Source: Catajapyx aquilonaris
Taxonomy: Eukaryota
Assembly: GCA_000934665.2 (NCBI GenBank)
Contig: KZ538934.1
Coordinates: 1 to 39,576, forward strand
Direction of reading: 5' to 3'
DNA: 39,576 bases
Below are positions 25,616 to 36,382 of this stretch, one piece after another. The position numbers were made by a program, and so were the translations under genes. The first letter of the stretch is position 1. Each line of letters starts with the position of its first letter. The notes under the pieces are model-generated. The model did not search any database. It was not told the origin of the DNA and worked only from the letters and a program-made list of their open reading frames with translations.

Positions 25616-26364
25616 GAATGCCACCCCGGATATCATGTCGTCTACTGTAAGTTCAGCTCGTTTAGCATAAAACTTAATCCGCCTGTTGCCACGCAGGTGC
25701 AGCAGAGACCACCCTCTTCGCCTGCCATTGCCATAAACCGGCTAATGATTCATGAGAAACGGGCTTACGTTCTTTAAGAGTTCACATCATTTCATGATTC
25801 TGAGCTTGACACTCTATTGCGTGTCTCAACGTGCAGTATGATAATTTTTTCTAATTTATTGTTTTAATATCGTGCTATTGGCGCAATAGGGATGGAGAAA
25901 ATGTGGAGCAGTTAGGTTGAGTTCTAGCACGTTATAAAATTTAAAACATACCAGTATCTTATGCAACGCACTTTATTTTTTAAGAATCTAAAATTTCATA
26001 TGGAGTAATCTGTAGACAGTACCATACCATTATTCATGAGAGGATTCTGAAAAATGCTGGCTTACTGTCAATGCCAATACTGGTAACGGTGCGTGACAAA
26101 ATGCGATTGCTAAAGGAAGATGTGATAGTACAAGTTAGCATTATAAACAATAGCCACAACGACCTCAGATAAATAAGCAAAAACAACTTCGTTAGTTGAT
26201 TTTGTTGTGCAATACCGATTATGGTATAGGCTACTGCATCTAAGGCTTTCGATTTTTTTTTTTAAGAAAGAAAACTGGGGCATCTTGGCAGATTCTTGTG
26301 CAATTCCACTCTACCTGCGACAGACGGTACTACAAAAGAGTGGCGTTCATGTATACCCTATACG

Positions 26365-26985
26365 TCAGCATCTACAAAGTAGGTCTACAATTTCAACACG
26401 ATTATTTTCTTCCCGCAGGATCTTCAACTCTCCACCCGTACACTCTGAGTCTAAGTCATCGATGAGGGCCTTGTTGATTGTCTACTGCAATATAATATTT
26501 TCCCTATCCCGCATATGTTTGTTGGTATTGTTCAGTTTCTCCACTATATAAAAAATACATATAATGTTATAGCTTAAAGAGAACTGCTAGTTGAAGAATT
26601 CCGTGAAGAAACGGACTGTAAACCTTTGCTATTATGTTTCTTTTGTAATAAAGTTTCTGTTAAAGCAAAATCAACTTTTATTCCAGACGCACAGGACTGT
26701 GCTGAAGAATAACTTCGAACCTTTCCTTATATTCATAACGATTGCATCTATTGCACATTTTCATATAATCTGTCATGAAGTTAATTAGTGCATATTATAA
26801 TATACCAATAGAACAAGGGGGCGAAGGTCAAGGAAATGCATTTGTAATTAAAGTTCACATACTCATGGAATAAAGATATAGTTTTGACTCAAGATTCTTA
26901 TTCTGCATCTTCAACACATTTATACCCTGCTGGATTTCAGCCCTCATTATATCGGGCCATTCAACTATTTTTCCAAATATTACAC
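26365..26985 (-). other. Two candidate minus-strand exons (26964/26985-26863 and 26543-) with coiled-coil-like translation
   Basis: Phase-1-compatible GT-AG boundaries give EWPDIMRAEIQQGINVLKMQNKNLESKLYLYSM then MEKLNNTNKHMRDRENIILQ* (TAG at 26484-26482). The frame continues 38 more codons to TGA. Either a terminal exon or decayed exons. Confidence 0.35.
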
Positions 26986-27810
26986 CTGCACAAGGTGTGG
27001 CAGCTAATTTATCGACTGTCGGAGACCAGCAGGTAGTGAAATCAATGGCCGTGATCATGACCTGACACTCGCCGGAGGACAACATTTATGTTTCTATTAA
27101 CCTAGAGACGAAATCAAAATTTCCCTCACATGGTCCTCGGCATCTGTTTGGAAGAGTGAAAGCGGTTCCTACCAGGCCATTTAGACACAGGGCAGAGTAC
27201 ATCGTGAGGACCAAACCTGCGCAGGTCAGAGCTTTCCTTATGATTCATCAACTCGTAGTTCCAGTCCCAACCTTCTTTCTCCCCTTGACTTTACTTAGAT
27301 CAAACTGAACAAAATATGGCACCTTGACCTATACAGTGGACTGGGTAAGACTGGACGAACACTTTTTATTCAGGTCAAGCAGGAGAAATTGCTTACCACA
27401 AATTCACACTCTCACACTTTTGAAATATCTTAATGAACACGCTGGCTGGAACCAAAAATGTTGTAAGGTATTCCTAAATGCCTTTAGTGTGTGTCCACGT
27501 TCAGAAGTACATTTGGACACAGGAAATTATGCATAGCAATCTCGATGGCAATAGATTATTCAGAAAGAGATGTCAGATTTCCGAATTTTTTCTTGATATA
27601 GTGTAATGTACAGGGGCTATTGGACAGAATAGTAGGGCCCCCTGCGAAAAGCGGTTGAAATTTCGAGTCTGTTTTATTCGAAAACTGGAAAGGTGACAAA
27701 GATGACCTTTACCTAGTTTTGTAGCTCCGTCGGTGTACATTTGTGGAGGTATGCAGATGACGCAAAAATTACGACAGGGGAAGAGAAACAAAAGACGAAC
27801 GATACCCCCC

Positions 27811-28090
27811 NNNNNNNNNNNNNNNNNNNNNNNNNNNNNNNNNNNNNNNNNNNNNNNNNNNNNNNNNNNNNNNNNNNNNNNNNNNNNNNNNNNNNNNNNN
27901 NNNNNNNNNNNNNNNNNNNNNNNNNNNNNNNNNNNNNNNNNNNNNNNNNNNNNNNNNNNNNNNNNNNNNNNNNNNNNNNNNNNNNNNNNNNNNNNNNNNN
28001 NNNNNNNNNNNNNNNNNNNNNNNNNNNNNNNNNNNNNNNNNNNNNNNNNNNNNNNNNNNNNNNNNNNNNNNNNNNNNNNNNNNNNNNNNN
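27811..28090. other. Assembly gap (280 N)
   Basis: N run flanked by C-runs, inside an inverted repeat (GCAGATGACGCAAAAATTACGACAGGGG / CCCCTGTCGGTAATTTTGGTTCATCTGT). Confidence 1.
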
Positions 28091-28240
28091 CCCCCCCCGA
28101 CCCCTGTCGGTAATTTTGGTTCATCTGTAGACCAAACAAAGTGACATCAATAGAGCTTCAAAACCCAGTCAAGTTCATACAAGGTGGGGCAAAAGGCATG
28201 GGCGGATAATCCCTACTCTGGGGATAAAAACGAAACAGTA

Positions 28241-28705
28241 TAGTAGATCCTCGATTATCCATCACCCACGGGTCTGGGACATGGTCGAAACACAAAAAAG
28301 GTCAAATAATAGGAGGAGGAAAAAAAACTTTAATGAAACAAAACAAATAACAAAAAAATACGATATACTGTGTTGTGATTTTATGATTAAGTGAAGTGTT
28401 TATCTTTTATATACAGAGGCTACTGTGCTGTATTTACAGTTTAACTAAAGCAACACAAAACAAAATACATACACAAGTACAGAACAGTATTGATGAGAAA
28501 ACCCAGATTTATTGCTGGTGAAAAAAGTCTGTCAGATTTCTGTTTCAAAGACGACATCCTAGCCTTGGCTGCTTAGTCTCCCCACTTATTTTGCCACAAA
28601 ATCTCCATAGGTGCTGAAGTAGGATGCTGTTCTGTAGGAAAGGGATGGTTGGACATGCCAAGGAGATGAATAATAATCCGAGGTAGGATAATAGGAGTTC
28701 TACTG
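28241..28705 (-). mobile_element. pogo/Tigger-type non-autonomous element
   Basis: TA|TAGTAGATCCTCGATTATCC ... GGATAATAGGAGTTCTACTG|TA. A decayed minus-strand remnant, AAKARMSSLKQK..TDFF, resembles the KQxxITDFF C-terminus of pogo/Tigger transposases. Confidence 0.7.
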
Positions 28706-29273
28706 TAGATCAAAAAGAAGGTGATTATTTCATAATATGGAATATTGCAAACCTCTCCTTTCTATTACTCTTTAAAAAATGATTCGCTTTAGTCCAAGAA
28801 AATTTTCACCTCATATTCCCTCTAAATACAGCTCATGGAAGTTATACAGTCTACTGATTAGTTACTACTAGTTGTCTAGTGTTCGGATAATTCACAAAAG
28901 GTGCTCGATTATACATTATACATGTGTGAAATCACAACTTCTCAGGAGAGGGCAAGTAGAAAAATCAAATAAAAGCATCACATGCACAAGTGTAAGTAAT
29001 TGTGCATTGGTAACTGGTATCCATTTCCGATATAGTATCAATGGCATCAGCAAATAATAATTATAACAGGTTTTACCATTGCATGTGTTCACATGGCAGG
29101 TTGTAAATGGGAAATGATCATACATGCACACAAACCACTTTCTATTGACAACATTGTTATTACTGTCAAATGAGCATCAAGTAACTGACTGAACATTGGC
29201 TGTAGCCTACAGCACCGAATTCTGTCCCCAGGCTAAGCATGTGAGATTCTGGACTAGTTTGGCACAAGTGTAA

Positions 29274-29423
29274 AGGCCATTTCACAAAAAAAATGTCGCG
29301 CGGCAAACGGCGTGACTTGCGGCAAATTTTTATTTATATTTATTGTTGCCAATTGTTGGCAACAATAAAATTTGCCGCAAGTCGCGCCGTTTGCCGCGCG
29401 ACATTTTTTTTGTGAAATGGCCT
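29274..29423. mobile_element. PIF/Harbinger (Tourist-like) palindromic MITE
   Basis: Inverted arms of about 55 bp (AGGCCATTTCACAAAAAAAATGTCGCGCGGCAAACGGCG... / ...GTGAAATGGCCT), TAA TSD on both sides, and an inner hairpin TTATTGTTGCCAA/TTGGCAACAATAA. Confidence 0.9.
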
Positions 29424-29541
29424 TAACAGTTAATGACAATGTACGCTGCAAAGTTGTTATGTTCCACACTCTACGATAATTATCTAGATTCTATAATTTT
29501 CAGCTAGCTTCTGTGGAACCCCCGGGTTTCTTGGCCCTGTC

Positions 29542-31330
29542 CAGGGCCGTATTTCCCAATAGGCAAGTAGGCAACAGCCTAGAGCGGCAAATTTTTAGGG
29601 GCGGCAAATTTGGGGGAGCAAAACCAAGGTGTTAAACCACTCGACTGTAAAGTGTACACTGGAGTACTAAATATGGATAGGAGACAAGGAGTACCACTGC
29701 AGGTGTACACCGGAGTACCAAAGTGGTTAACCCCTTGGGCAAAACTGTCTCTGGTAGTGTGGAAAAAATTGTGGTGCAGGGTCGTATCGCCCACCACACC
29801 ACGTTAGTTTATACCGGTTTATACGTTAGTTTGTATGGATACAGTAAAAACAAAACACTTTGAAAATGATTCAATAAGAGCAAGGGTTTTATTTTCATAA
29901 ATACCTGTCAAAAGTGGTGAGATTGTACCAGTGCATTTTTTTTGGGACAACAGTGCACCCTGCTGCTTGGAGCAGACATAAACTAGCGAATTTCGGCATG
30001 TTTCACTACATTGAAGGATGGTCAAGGTGGGCAATGACGAGTGTCATTAGGCCCGTAAAATTAATTTTTGTTGATGTTTGATTTTCAAGTTTTGCATTGG
30101 GTGGTTTAATTATGTTGGCTAGTGTGATTGGACTATTGTTTCTCGTGAGCACCAAGTTAATCCTTCGATTACAATGTTATTGGAGGTAGAAATACGACTG
30201 GTCATTTTTTATCCAGATTTATGCTTAAACTATGATGCCAAATGTTTAAAAAGTGTACTTGACGGTGTGAGATTATGCCACTGTTTTTCCCGGGTTTCCC
30301 AGTTATTTCACTGATTTTCATGTGTAACAGTGATGGGACGAATTTACGTTAAGATCGGTCAGAAGCTTAGGCAGAAATCCACATTTAAAAAAATAAAAAT
30401 TAGGGAAGTATTTGGATGTGGCCAAAGCTACCAGACCAGCTGTAGCTGTGGTACGAAAAAGATCAGGTGAAGATGAAGATAAGTCCAGCGCGCTTGCAAT
30501 AAAAATCAGAGTGGCATTAACATAGCAGACATGAAACCATAGGTTTCACAGAACTGTGAACTAATAACTTTATTAGTTGGTTTTAAAAATTCCACTTTTA
30601 CATCTGTGCCATGTGCCTACCTACCTACTAGTCCTCTTCACAGGTTTCAACATTTTCTATTTGTATTTTGAATTCCTTCAGTTAGTAGTTCATTTTTTTG
30701 CAATTTGCAATTTCAAGTTCTATATTTTGGTCTTGTAACATTCTTGTCCATATTTGGTGCCATAAAGGTTGATAAAGTTTATTTCATTGTTTATTTATTT
30801 AAATAAAATTTGAAATCAAAGGTGCCTCCTATTATCATCATTGTAGTACCGATCCTTGAACAATGGAAGAAAACAAAATGTTCGTAAGTTATTTGTTTTT
30901 ATTCGGATATTGAGGAGTGCTCATTTTTATAGACAGCGGGATGAGAATGTGCCAGGGACACGTTTCCTATTCACATCAAGCTTTTAAAAAGATTGGAGCA
31001 ATATATTACACCCTACTCAATGGTGTGAAATTGTGCCTCGACAAAATCTTATATCCCCCTCCCTTAGCATATAAAAATTATTTTCACACATGAACTGAAA
31101 GGGCAGATGTGCAGCAATGTTGTGTATTAAATTTGTTCCAGAATATCAATTATTCTGGTTTACCTGTAAGAAAAACCTCAAAATGTGGCACAATCTCACC
31201 CTGTTTGACGGTATACTACGTATTACTTGTGTGCTTATTCTGCGTATTAATTTTACAAAAGGAATGGGTGGGGGAGGGGGTGGCAGATGACCAACTGCCT
31301 ACCCGCGAAAAAAGTATAAATACAGCCCTG
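29542..31330. mobile_element. Non-autonomous hAT-type element (~1.8 kb)
   Basis: TIRs CAGGGCCGTATTT / AAATACAGCCCTG and 8-bp TSD GCCCTGTC / GCCCTGTT. No intact transposase ORF. Confidence 0.75.
29625..29737. mobile_element. Small hAT-type MITE nested in 29542-31330
   Basis: TIRs CAAGGTGTTAAACCACT / AGTGGTTAACCCCTTG, 8-bp TSD AGCAAAAC / GGCAAAAC, and two internal GTGTACACYGGAGTAC copies. Confidence 0.75.
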
Positions 31331-31849
31331 GCCCTGTTGGAAAGGTTTTTGATATTTGAGGTAATGGCTGATTTAGTAGTCTGATAGAGCAAAGTACTAT
31401 GCTGCAGTGTCATAGTTTTTTTTAAATTGGATCAATTTAAGGCAGTTCACTAAATGGAACCAAATATACAATCGGGTTCTGAACATGCTGTTCAGGTCTG
31501 TTGTACGTCGTAGATAGATATTATGCAAAAGCTATTCATTGGCATCCAGTCTTTAACATTATGCAAGCACTGTGATTGTGTCCTTTCCTTTACCTGTTTC
31601 CCTACAATATAAAAAGGACCACAAATGATGTGCTTTTTCACTGGCGATAAATATCAGGCTTGTGCATTTCTCTTTGAAGGGGAGGGAAGCACATTAATGA
31701 GCATCTGGTGGGGTATCTAGGGTGGGTCATAAAAACTGACCTTCACATAGTTGTTTCCTTTCAAAACAGAAATGTACAGTACACACATGATGGATAGTTT
31801 CTGTGCTGCAGTTTGATAAGGAGTGCCTTTCAATTGCCTGGTGACTTAC

Positions 31850-31904
31850 AGCGAACTCGGAGAATTCTCGTAAGTGGCTCACAAGGTGAAAGAACTACTT
31901 GTAA
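31850..31904 (-). other. Candidate minus-strand exon (LQVVLSPCEPLTRILRVR)
   Basis: Pyrimidine-rich ...cccccag acceptor and strong gtaagt donor. Only the phase-0 frame is open, matching the upstream exon 33338-33228. Confidence 0.4.
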
Positions 31905-32007
31905 CTGGGGGGAAATGAGCAATCAAAAAATTTAATATGGATAACAGGACAGGGCTAAGTTGTTATATTTGATAGGAAGAAGCTGCAGTTACCATCCTGT
32001 ATACTAA

Positions 32008-32134
32008 GGGCCGGTTTCACCGAGCTCAGTATATGATAAAACCAGGGTTCTTTCTCAAAATCCCTATCTATTTGTATGGGATTTTCCTAAAGAAACCTGG
32101 TTTTATCATATACCAAGCTCGGTGAAACCGGCCC
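32008..32134. mobile_element. PIF/Harbinger (Tourist-like) MITE
   Basis: TIRs GGGCCGGTTTCACCGAGCT...TATATGATAAAACCAGG and complement; TAA TSD at 32005-32007 and 32135-32137. Confidence 0.9.
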
Positions 32135-32167
32135 TAAATGTGAATGTCCTCATATACTCCAGGATTA

Positions 32168-32889
32168 CAGGGTGTAAAGAATGTGTGGATTTTGAAACCC
32201 TACAACTCAAAAACTTGTAGACATAATTATCTTAATAATTTAAGTTTTCAAATGCTAAGAAATGTCTACAGTTTTGGTCTTGCTATAGTTTGTTTCCATA
32301 TGAGCTCCATTTGTAACTCGTAAAATGTTAATATGGTAATCGGTGTTGTGCCTAACCCAGTCATACATGTCTGGAGTCACCATTGTGATCCTACCCTGTA
32401 GGTGTTGGAGATGCCGAATATTTTCACCATGCATGTAGTGTACTGTATCTCACAAATAAGTCCATCGGATTCAGATCTGGGCTTCTAGGAGGGTCTATGC
32501 ATAGGGAAACTTTTCACTCAAGACTTTGCACACTGGGAGGTTGAACAAATGATACTTTCCTACGGCAGGGTTGTTTCATGGATGAGGAGACTTTTTATGT
32601 GCATCATCAAGACCAATGTGTATGGTGTAAAGACCCGTCACCTCCAGCACCTACAGGATAGGATTGCAATGGTAACTCCAGATATGATTGAGTGGGTGTG
32701 ACACGAGACCGAATACCATCTTTTTTTTTACCTGACGAGAAACAAATGAAGCTCATATTGAAACAAACTACAGTGAGACCAAAACTGTAGACATTTCTTA
32801 GCATATCAAAACTTAAATCATTAAGATACGTCTACAAGGTTTCGAGTTATAAGCTTTCAAAATCCACGCATTCTTGTTCGATCACCCTG
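32168..32889 (-). mobile_element. Internally deleted Tc1/mariner-superfamily transposon
   Basis: TA|CAGGGTG ... CACCCTG|TA with imperfect TIRs of about 150 bp. Decayed minus-strand transposase motifs: PPRSPDLNPMD (~32460-32492) and ...ILRVTNGAHME. Confidence 0.85.
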
Positions 32890-32925
32890 TATTAAACTAC
32901 TTGTTTTTCCTTGTACTACTTAATA

Positions 32926-33175
32926 ATAATGGATACCCCGTGAAAGGCATCCTTGAGCCTCTTAGGGGATCATCTTTTCGTGAATCATTGCCTCCACTTT
33001 GATGGATTTTGATTATGAGAGATAAAGCGGAGAACCCCAAGAAAACCCACGCAAACACAGAGAGAACCCATCGAAACTCTATCTACATAAGTATCCCCCG
33101 TCCGACCTGGGGATCGAACTCGGGACCTCCGAGGTGGAAGGCTGCGGCGCTAACCACTACGCCACCGTGTCGCCC
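32926..33175 (-). mobile_element. tRNA-derived SINE with a V-domain-like core
   Basis: A-box TGGCGTAGTGG, B-box GAGTTCGATCC, and core GTTCTCTCTGTGTTTGCGTGGGTTTTCTTGGGGTTCTCCG resembling the V-SINE domain. 3' stem-loop plus (ATT)n tail. 19-bp TSD TTCCT(T/G)GTACTACTTAATA at 32907-32925 and 33176-33194. Confidence 0.85.
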
Positions 33176-33227
33176 TTCCTGGTACTACTTAATACTCATG
33201 CTTATAACAATGGGACCTTTAACTTAC

Positions 33228-33792
33228 TTGTAATAGGTGTCCTAAGGCTTCATTTTGATTTATGATATGTTCAAAGCAGTGTTTCCACTCTTCATTCAAG
33301 CCACTCTGGTCAAATTTGTAGTACAATTTCTGAAATTCCTAATCAAAACAGGGGTACTGTTTAAAACTTAAAAAACAGCTCCTGAGCTGAGAACAGCAAC
33401 AGCATACCTGAATTTCTTTCCTAACAACACTACTAATTTTGTCTGCACTCTCCTTAAAATCGACATTTTTTGCCTCATCATGAACGTGCAAGCTGTGGTG
33501 GGCGTCTTGCCATTCTCGAAATGCAGAAATCATCTCTTTAACAGACTCAGACAGGACTTCCCTCTCAGAGAGAATTCCTGCAGGCATCTGTTACAGAACA
33601 AACATAACAAAACTTCAAATACACTAATAAAACAACTGACTGAAACACATACTATACCTGGCTTTCACGATGCGTATCCTGAGCTGCCCCTTCAGACCTA
33701 GTCCCAATAGCTTTAGAAACACTTTCCACGTATAGATGATTGTACAGGTGACTGATTAAATCATCACATGCGCTGAGGTTATTGTTGGTTTC
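33228..33792 (-). CDS. Three internal phase-0 exons of an unidentified helical/coiled-coil protein (33792-33658, 33587-33408, 33338-33228)
   Basis: Exons of 135, 180 and 111 nt with GT-AG introns of 70 and 69 nt, in one open frame: ETNNNLSACDDLISHLYNHLYVESV...RESQ-MPAGILSEREVLSESVKEMISAFREWQ...RKEIQ-EFQKLYYKFDQSGLNEEWKHCFEHIINQNEALGHLLQ. Confidence 0.8.
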
Positions 33793-33834
33793 CTACAAAC
33801 AAAAGACAAGCATAATGTAGTCCCCACGTCACAC

Positions 33835-34483
33835 CAAAGAGTTCTGCTATAATATATATAATACCTAGAGGAAGTACTCCCTATCCTTTTCCATTAGCCA
33901 GGCTGAGGCGTCTAGGTCATATTGTTGTTCTAACAGTTGTCTAGGGACAACAACCAGTAATGACAACATTGGGACAACAATTAGTCCAATAATGTCAGGC
34001 ATCAGCCATCTTTACTTGGGTCATATTGTTACCTGGCTCAAATTTCACCCTGAGTCCTCTCTCTAGGTATAATAATAATAATAATAATATAATAATAATA
34101 ATATAATAATAATAATAATAATCCGGGGTAGTGCTGACCTCATCAGAGGTATGTAGCACGGACCTTTATTTATTTCTGTCGTGTACATCGGAGCCTTTAT
34201 ACGTAACCCCCGGGCCCACGGGCAGGATGACAGGAGGGGATGTGCAAGGTGCAGTGCAATGTCTTTATGTGGCCATTTTTAGTGAACTCCCCCGGGTGGT
34301 TTAGTCTGTGGAAATACCACCCGAGACGAAGCCAGAGGTGACCCTTGAACTCTGCACGAGATGAAGGGGGTGTCCCCGGGTTGGGATCGAACCCGGGACC
34401 TTAACATCCGTGGGCGCGTACGTTACCGCAGCACCACTTCGCCTCCCCTCTAGGTATTATATATATTATAGCAGAACTCTTTG
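33835..34483. mobile_element. MITE with 8-bp TSD (P- or hAT-type), interrupted by a SINE
   Basis: Perfect 36-bp TIRs CAAAGAGTTCTGCTATAATATATATAATACCTAGAG and complement; TSD CGTCACAC / TGTCACAC. Confidence 0.85.
34071..34447 (-). mobile_element. tRNA-derived SINE with (TTA)n tail
   Basis: Head GGGAGGCGAAGTGGTGCTGCGGTAA, B-box GGTTCGATCCC, 3' hairpin GTGCT..ACCTCTGATGAGGT.AGCAC, long (TTA)n tail. TSD CTCTAGGTAT at 34061-34070 and 34448-34457. Confidence 0.85.
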
Positions 34484-34646
34484 TGTCACACTAATCCAAG
34501 ACTATTTTTGGCCTGCCGTCTATTATGTATTATTTGTATTTTGACTAATACTCTGGTACATGTTAAACAATCAGTTGTGGCTTACATTTATATTAGCCAA
34601 CCCTGGAAATAGTGACATGCCTGTAAAAACAGTGGTCACTAGAAAT

Positions 34647-34779
34647 CAAGGAGTTAGCAACTCCCCAAAAAAGTGTACACCAGATCCTGGAACTGGGAGG
34701 TTCCACCAGGTTCCAGGCCGGTTCCACCTGGTTCCTTGGCCAGTGTGTACACCGGTTCCAGGGAGTTGCTAACCCCTTG
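34647..34779. mobile_element. Small hAT-type MITE
   Basis: TIRs CAAGGAGTTAGCAACTCCC / GGGAGTTGCTAACCCCTTG, perfect 8-bp TSD CTAGAAAT, internal GGTTCCA repeats. Confidence 0.9.
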
Positions 34780-35011
34780 CTAGAAATGCACAACTGGTGG
34801 CTATACTGGCATGCTGTATAAGGCAGGATACAGCAGAGTTTTGTCTATATTTTATTTGCAAAAATAATGCCAATTGAAAGCTATAATGCATTCCAAGGAG
34901 AAAAATGGGGAGTAGAGCAGCACCCCCTTCTCCCCACCAGTCAATGGTCATTGCAAGGGCTCTATGCTCCCAGCGCAAATCACTTCAGACTTTTTATGAT
35001 AAATTGAAAGC

Positions 35012-35390
35012 GGGGAGGCATGGTGGCCAAGACGGTAACGTCTCGCCTTGCTGTGCAGAAGATCCCGGGTTTGAACCTCGCCCGGGAGCTCCCTTTTGCC
35101 TGCGTCGGGAGGGTCTCTGACCCATGCCTTGGAGGCGTCTGACAACCTGACCTCCTGGGAGACTGCACATGGCCCAACGTTTAGGACATTTTTGCAGCTG
35201 CACCAGTCTCTCCTCCCCAGAAATCCCCATCCCTACCCTATATCCTTTCATCCCTGTATGGTGTCTGAAGAAAAGATCATAGAAAATTGTATGGAAAATG
35301 TTCGTAGTCCACACCCCTAAGAGGGCCTCTGGCCCAATCACAGGGTAATGTAAAATAAAAATAAAAAACATATTTAAAAAAGATAAATTT
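35012..35390 (+). mobile_element. tRNA-derived SINE with A-rich tail
   Basis: A-box TGGCCAAGACGG, B-box-like GGTTTGAACC, 3' stem-loop CCCCTAAGAGGGCCTCTGGCCCAATCACAGGGT, A-rich tail, and possible TSD ATTGAAAGC. Confidence 0.75.
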
Positions 35391-35708
35391 ATTGAAAGCT
35401 TGCCACCACTCTCTGAGCAAGACTTTAATTATTTTTATTAATAAGAATGAGTTAACATTATAGTTCATTATTATTGTAACTTGCAATTCATTTTCTCCCT
35501 CCACAAAATGCATATAATATGTAAACATTCAATAGCTGTTAAAATTAAAATATTTACTAATTTTGAAGGAAAAGAGAAAGTGGCAAAAATTACCCTGCCC
35601 TGGGGTGTAGCAGACCCTGGCTGACTTCATTTTGTACTGGCAAGATATTAATTGCAGGGTAATACATAATATATTGCTTTTTTACGAATAGTAGTGGTAG
35701 CATTAACA

Positions 35709-35995
35709 GGGAAGGCAAAGTGGCACAGCGGTAATGCCTGCATCCACAGATAGAGAGGTCCTGGGTTCAATCCCAAGCCTGGGCTTTCCCTTTCTCATCT
35801 TGTGTGGAGTTTCTTTGTCTCTGGCTTCGCCTCGCGTGGATCTCCACTAGACTAACCACCCACTGGACTGCACAAAACATTGCCCTCGACCTGCACCTGC
35901 ACATCTCCCCTCCCAGCAAATCCTCCCGGGCTTGTACACCATCAACCAAATAACGGTACTGTGACAAATGCCCAAAATGAGGTATGAATTAACCC

Positions 35996-36043
<48 letters not shown>

Positions 36044-36066
36044 CATCATCATCATCGTCATCATCG
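35709..36066 (+). mobile_element. tRNA-derived SINE related to 34071-34447, with (TTA)n(TCA)n tail
   Basis: A-box TGGCACAGCGG and B-box GGTTCAATCCC (35764-35774). Core CTCTGGCTTCGCCTCGCGTGGATCTCCACTAGACTAACCACCC matches the 34.3-kb copy. Microsatellite tail at 35996-36066. Confidence 0.8.
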
Positions 36067-36382
36067 GTGACAAAAACCACAATATCAGGATATCCTCTCA
36101 TATGCTTGTGGTATCTCAAGGGATAATCTTTGGAGGATAAGGCTCATCACCCTGGTAGGCAGTGGGGAGTTGATCATGGCTGAACGTGACGTGGGGATGG
36201 GAAAGGGCTTGGCCTAATGTGATGTCACACTCACAAGTTGTAATGAAACAAACACGAAGTATTCAACTTCAAGAGTCAATTTTTGCAGTATAAAAAATAG
36301 GAACACTGGGGGAAGGGAGATCTAGCCCAGTAGAGGAGTATCGAAGAAGCTGACATCTGGTCAGTATGATGTATTTTACAAG

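Noticed and set aside
27573..28139. Long ORFs across the N gap
   Set aside because: Artefacts of translating Ns.
34125..34160. Hammerhead ribozyme core CTGATGA (minus strand); also CTGAAGA at ~6063 and ~20751
   Set aside because: No correctly placed stem II, GAAA and closing stems. The 34.1-kb site is simply the SINE 3' hairpin.
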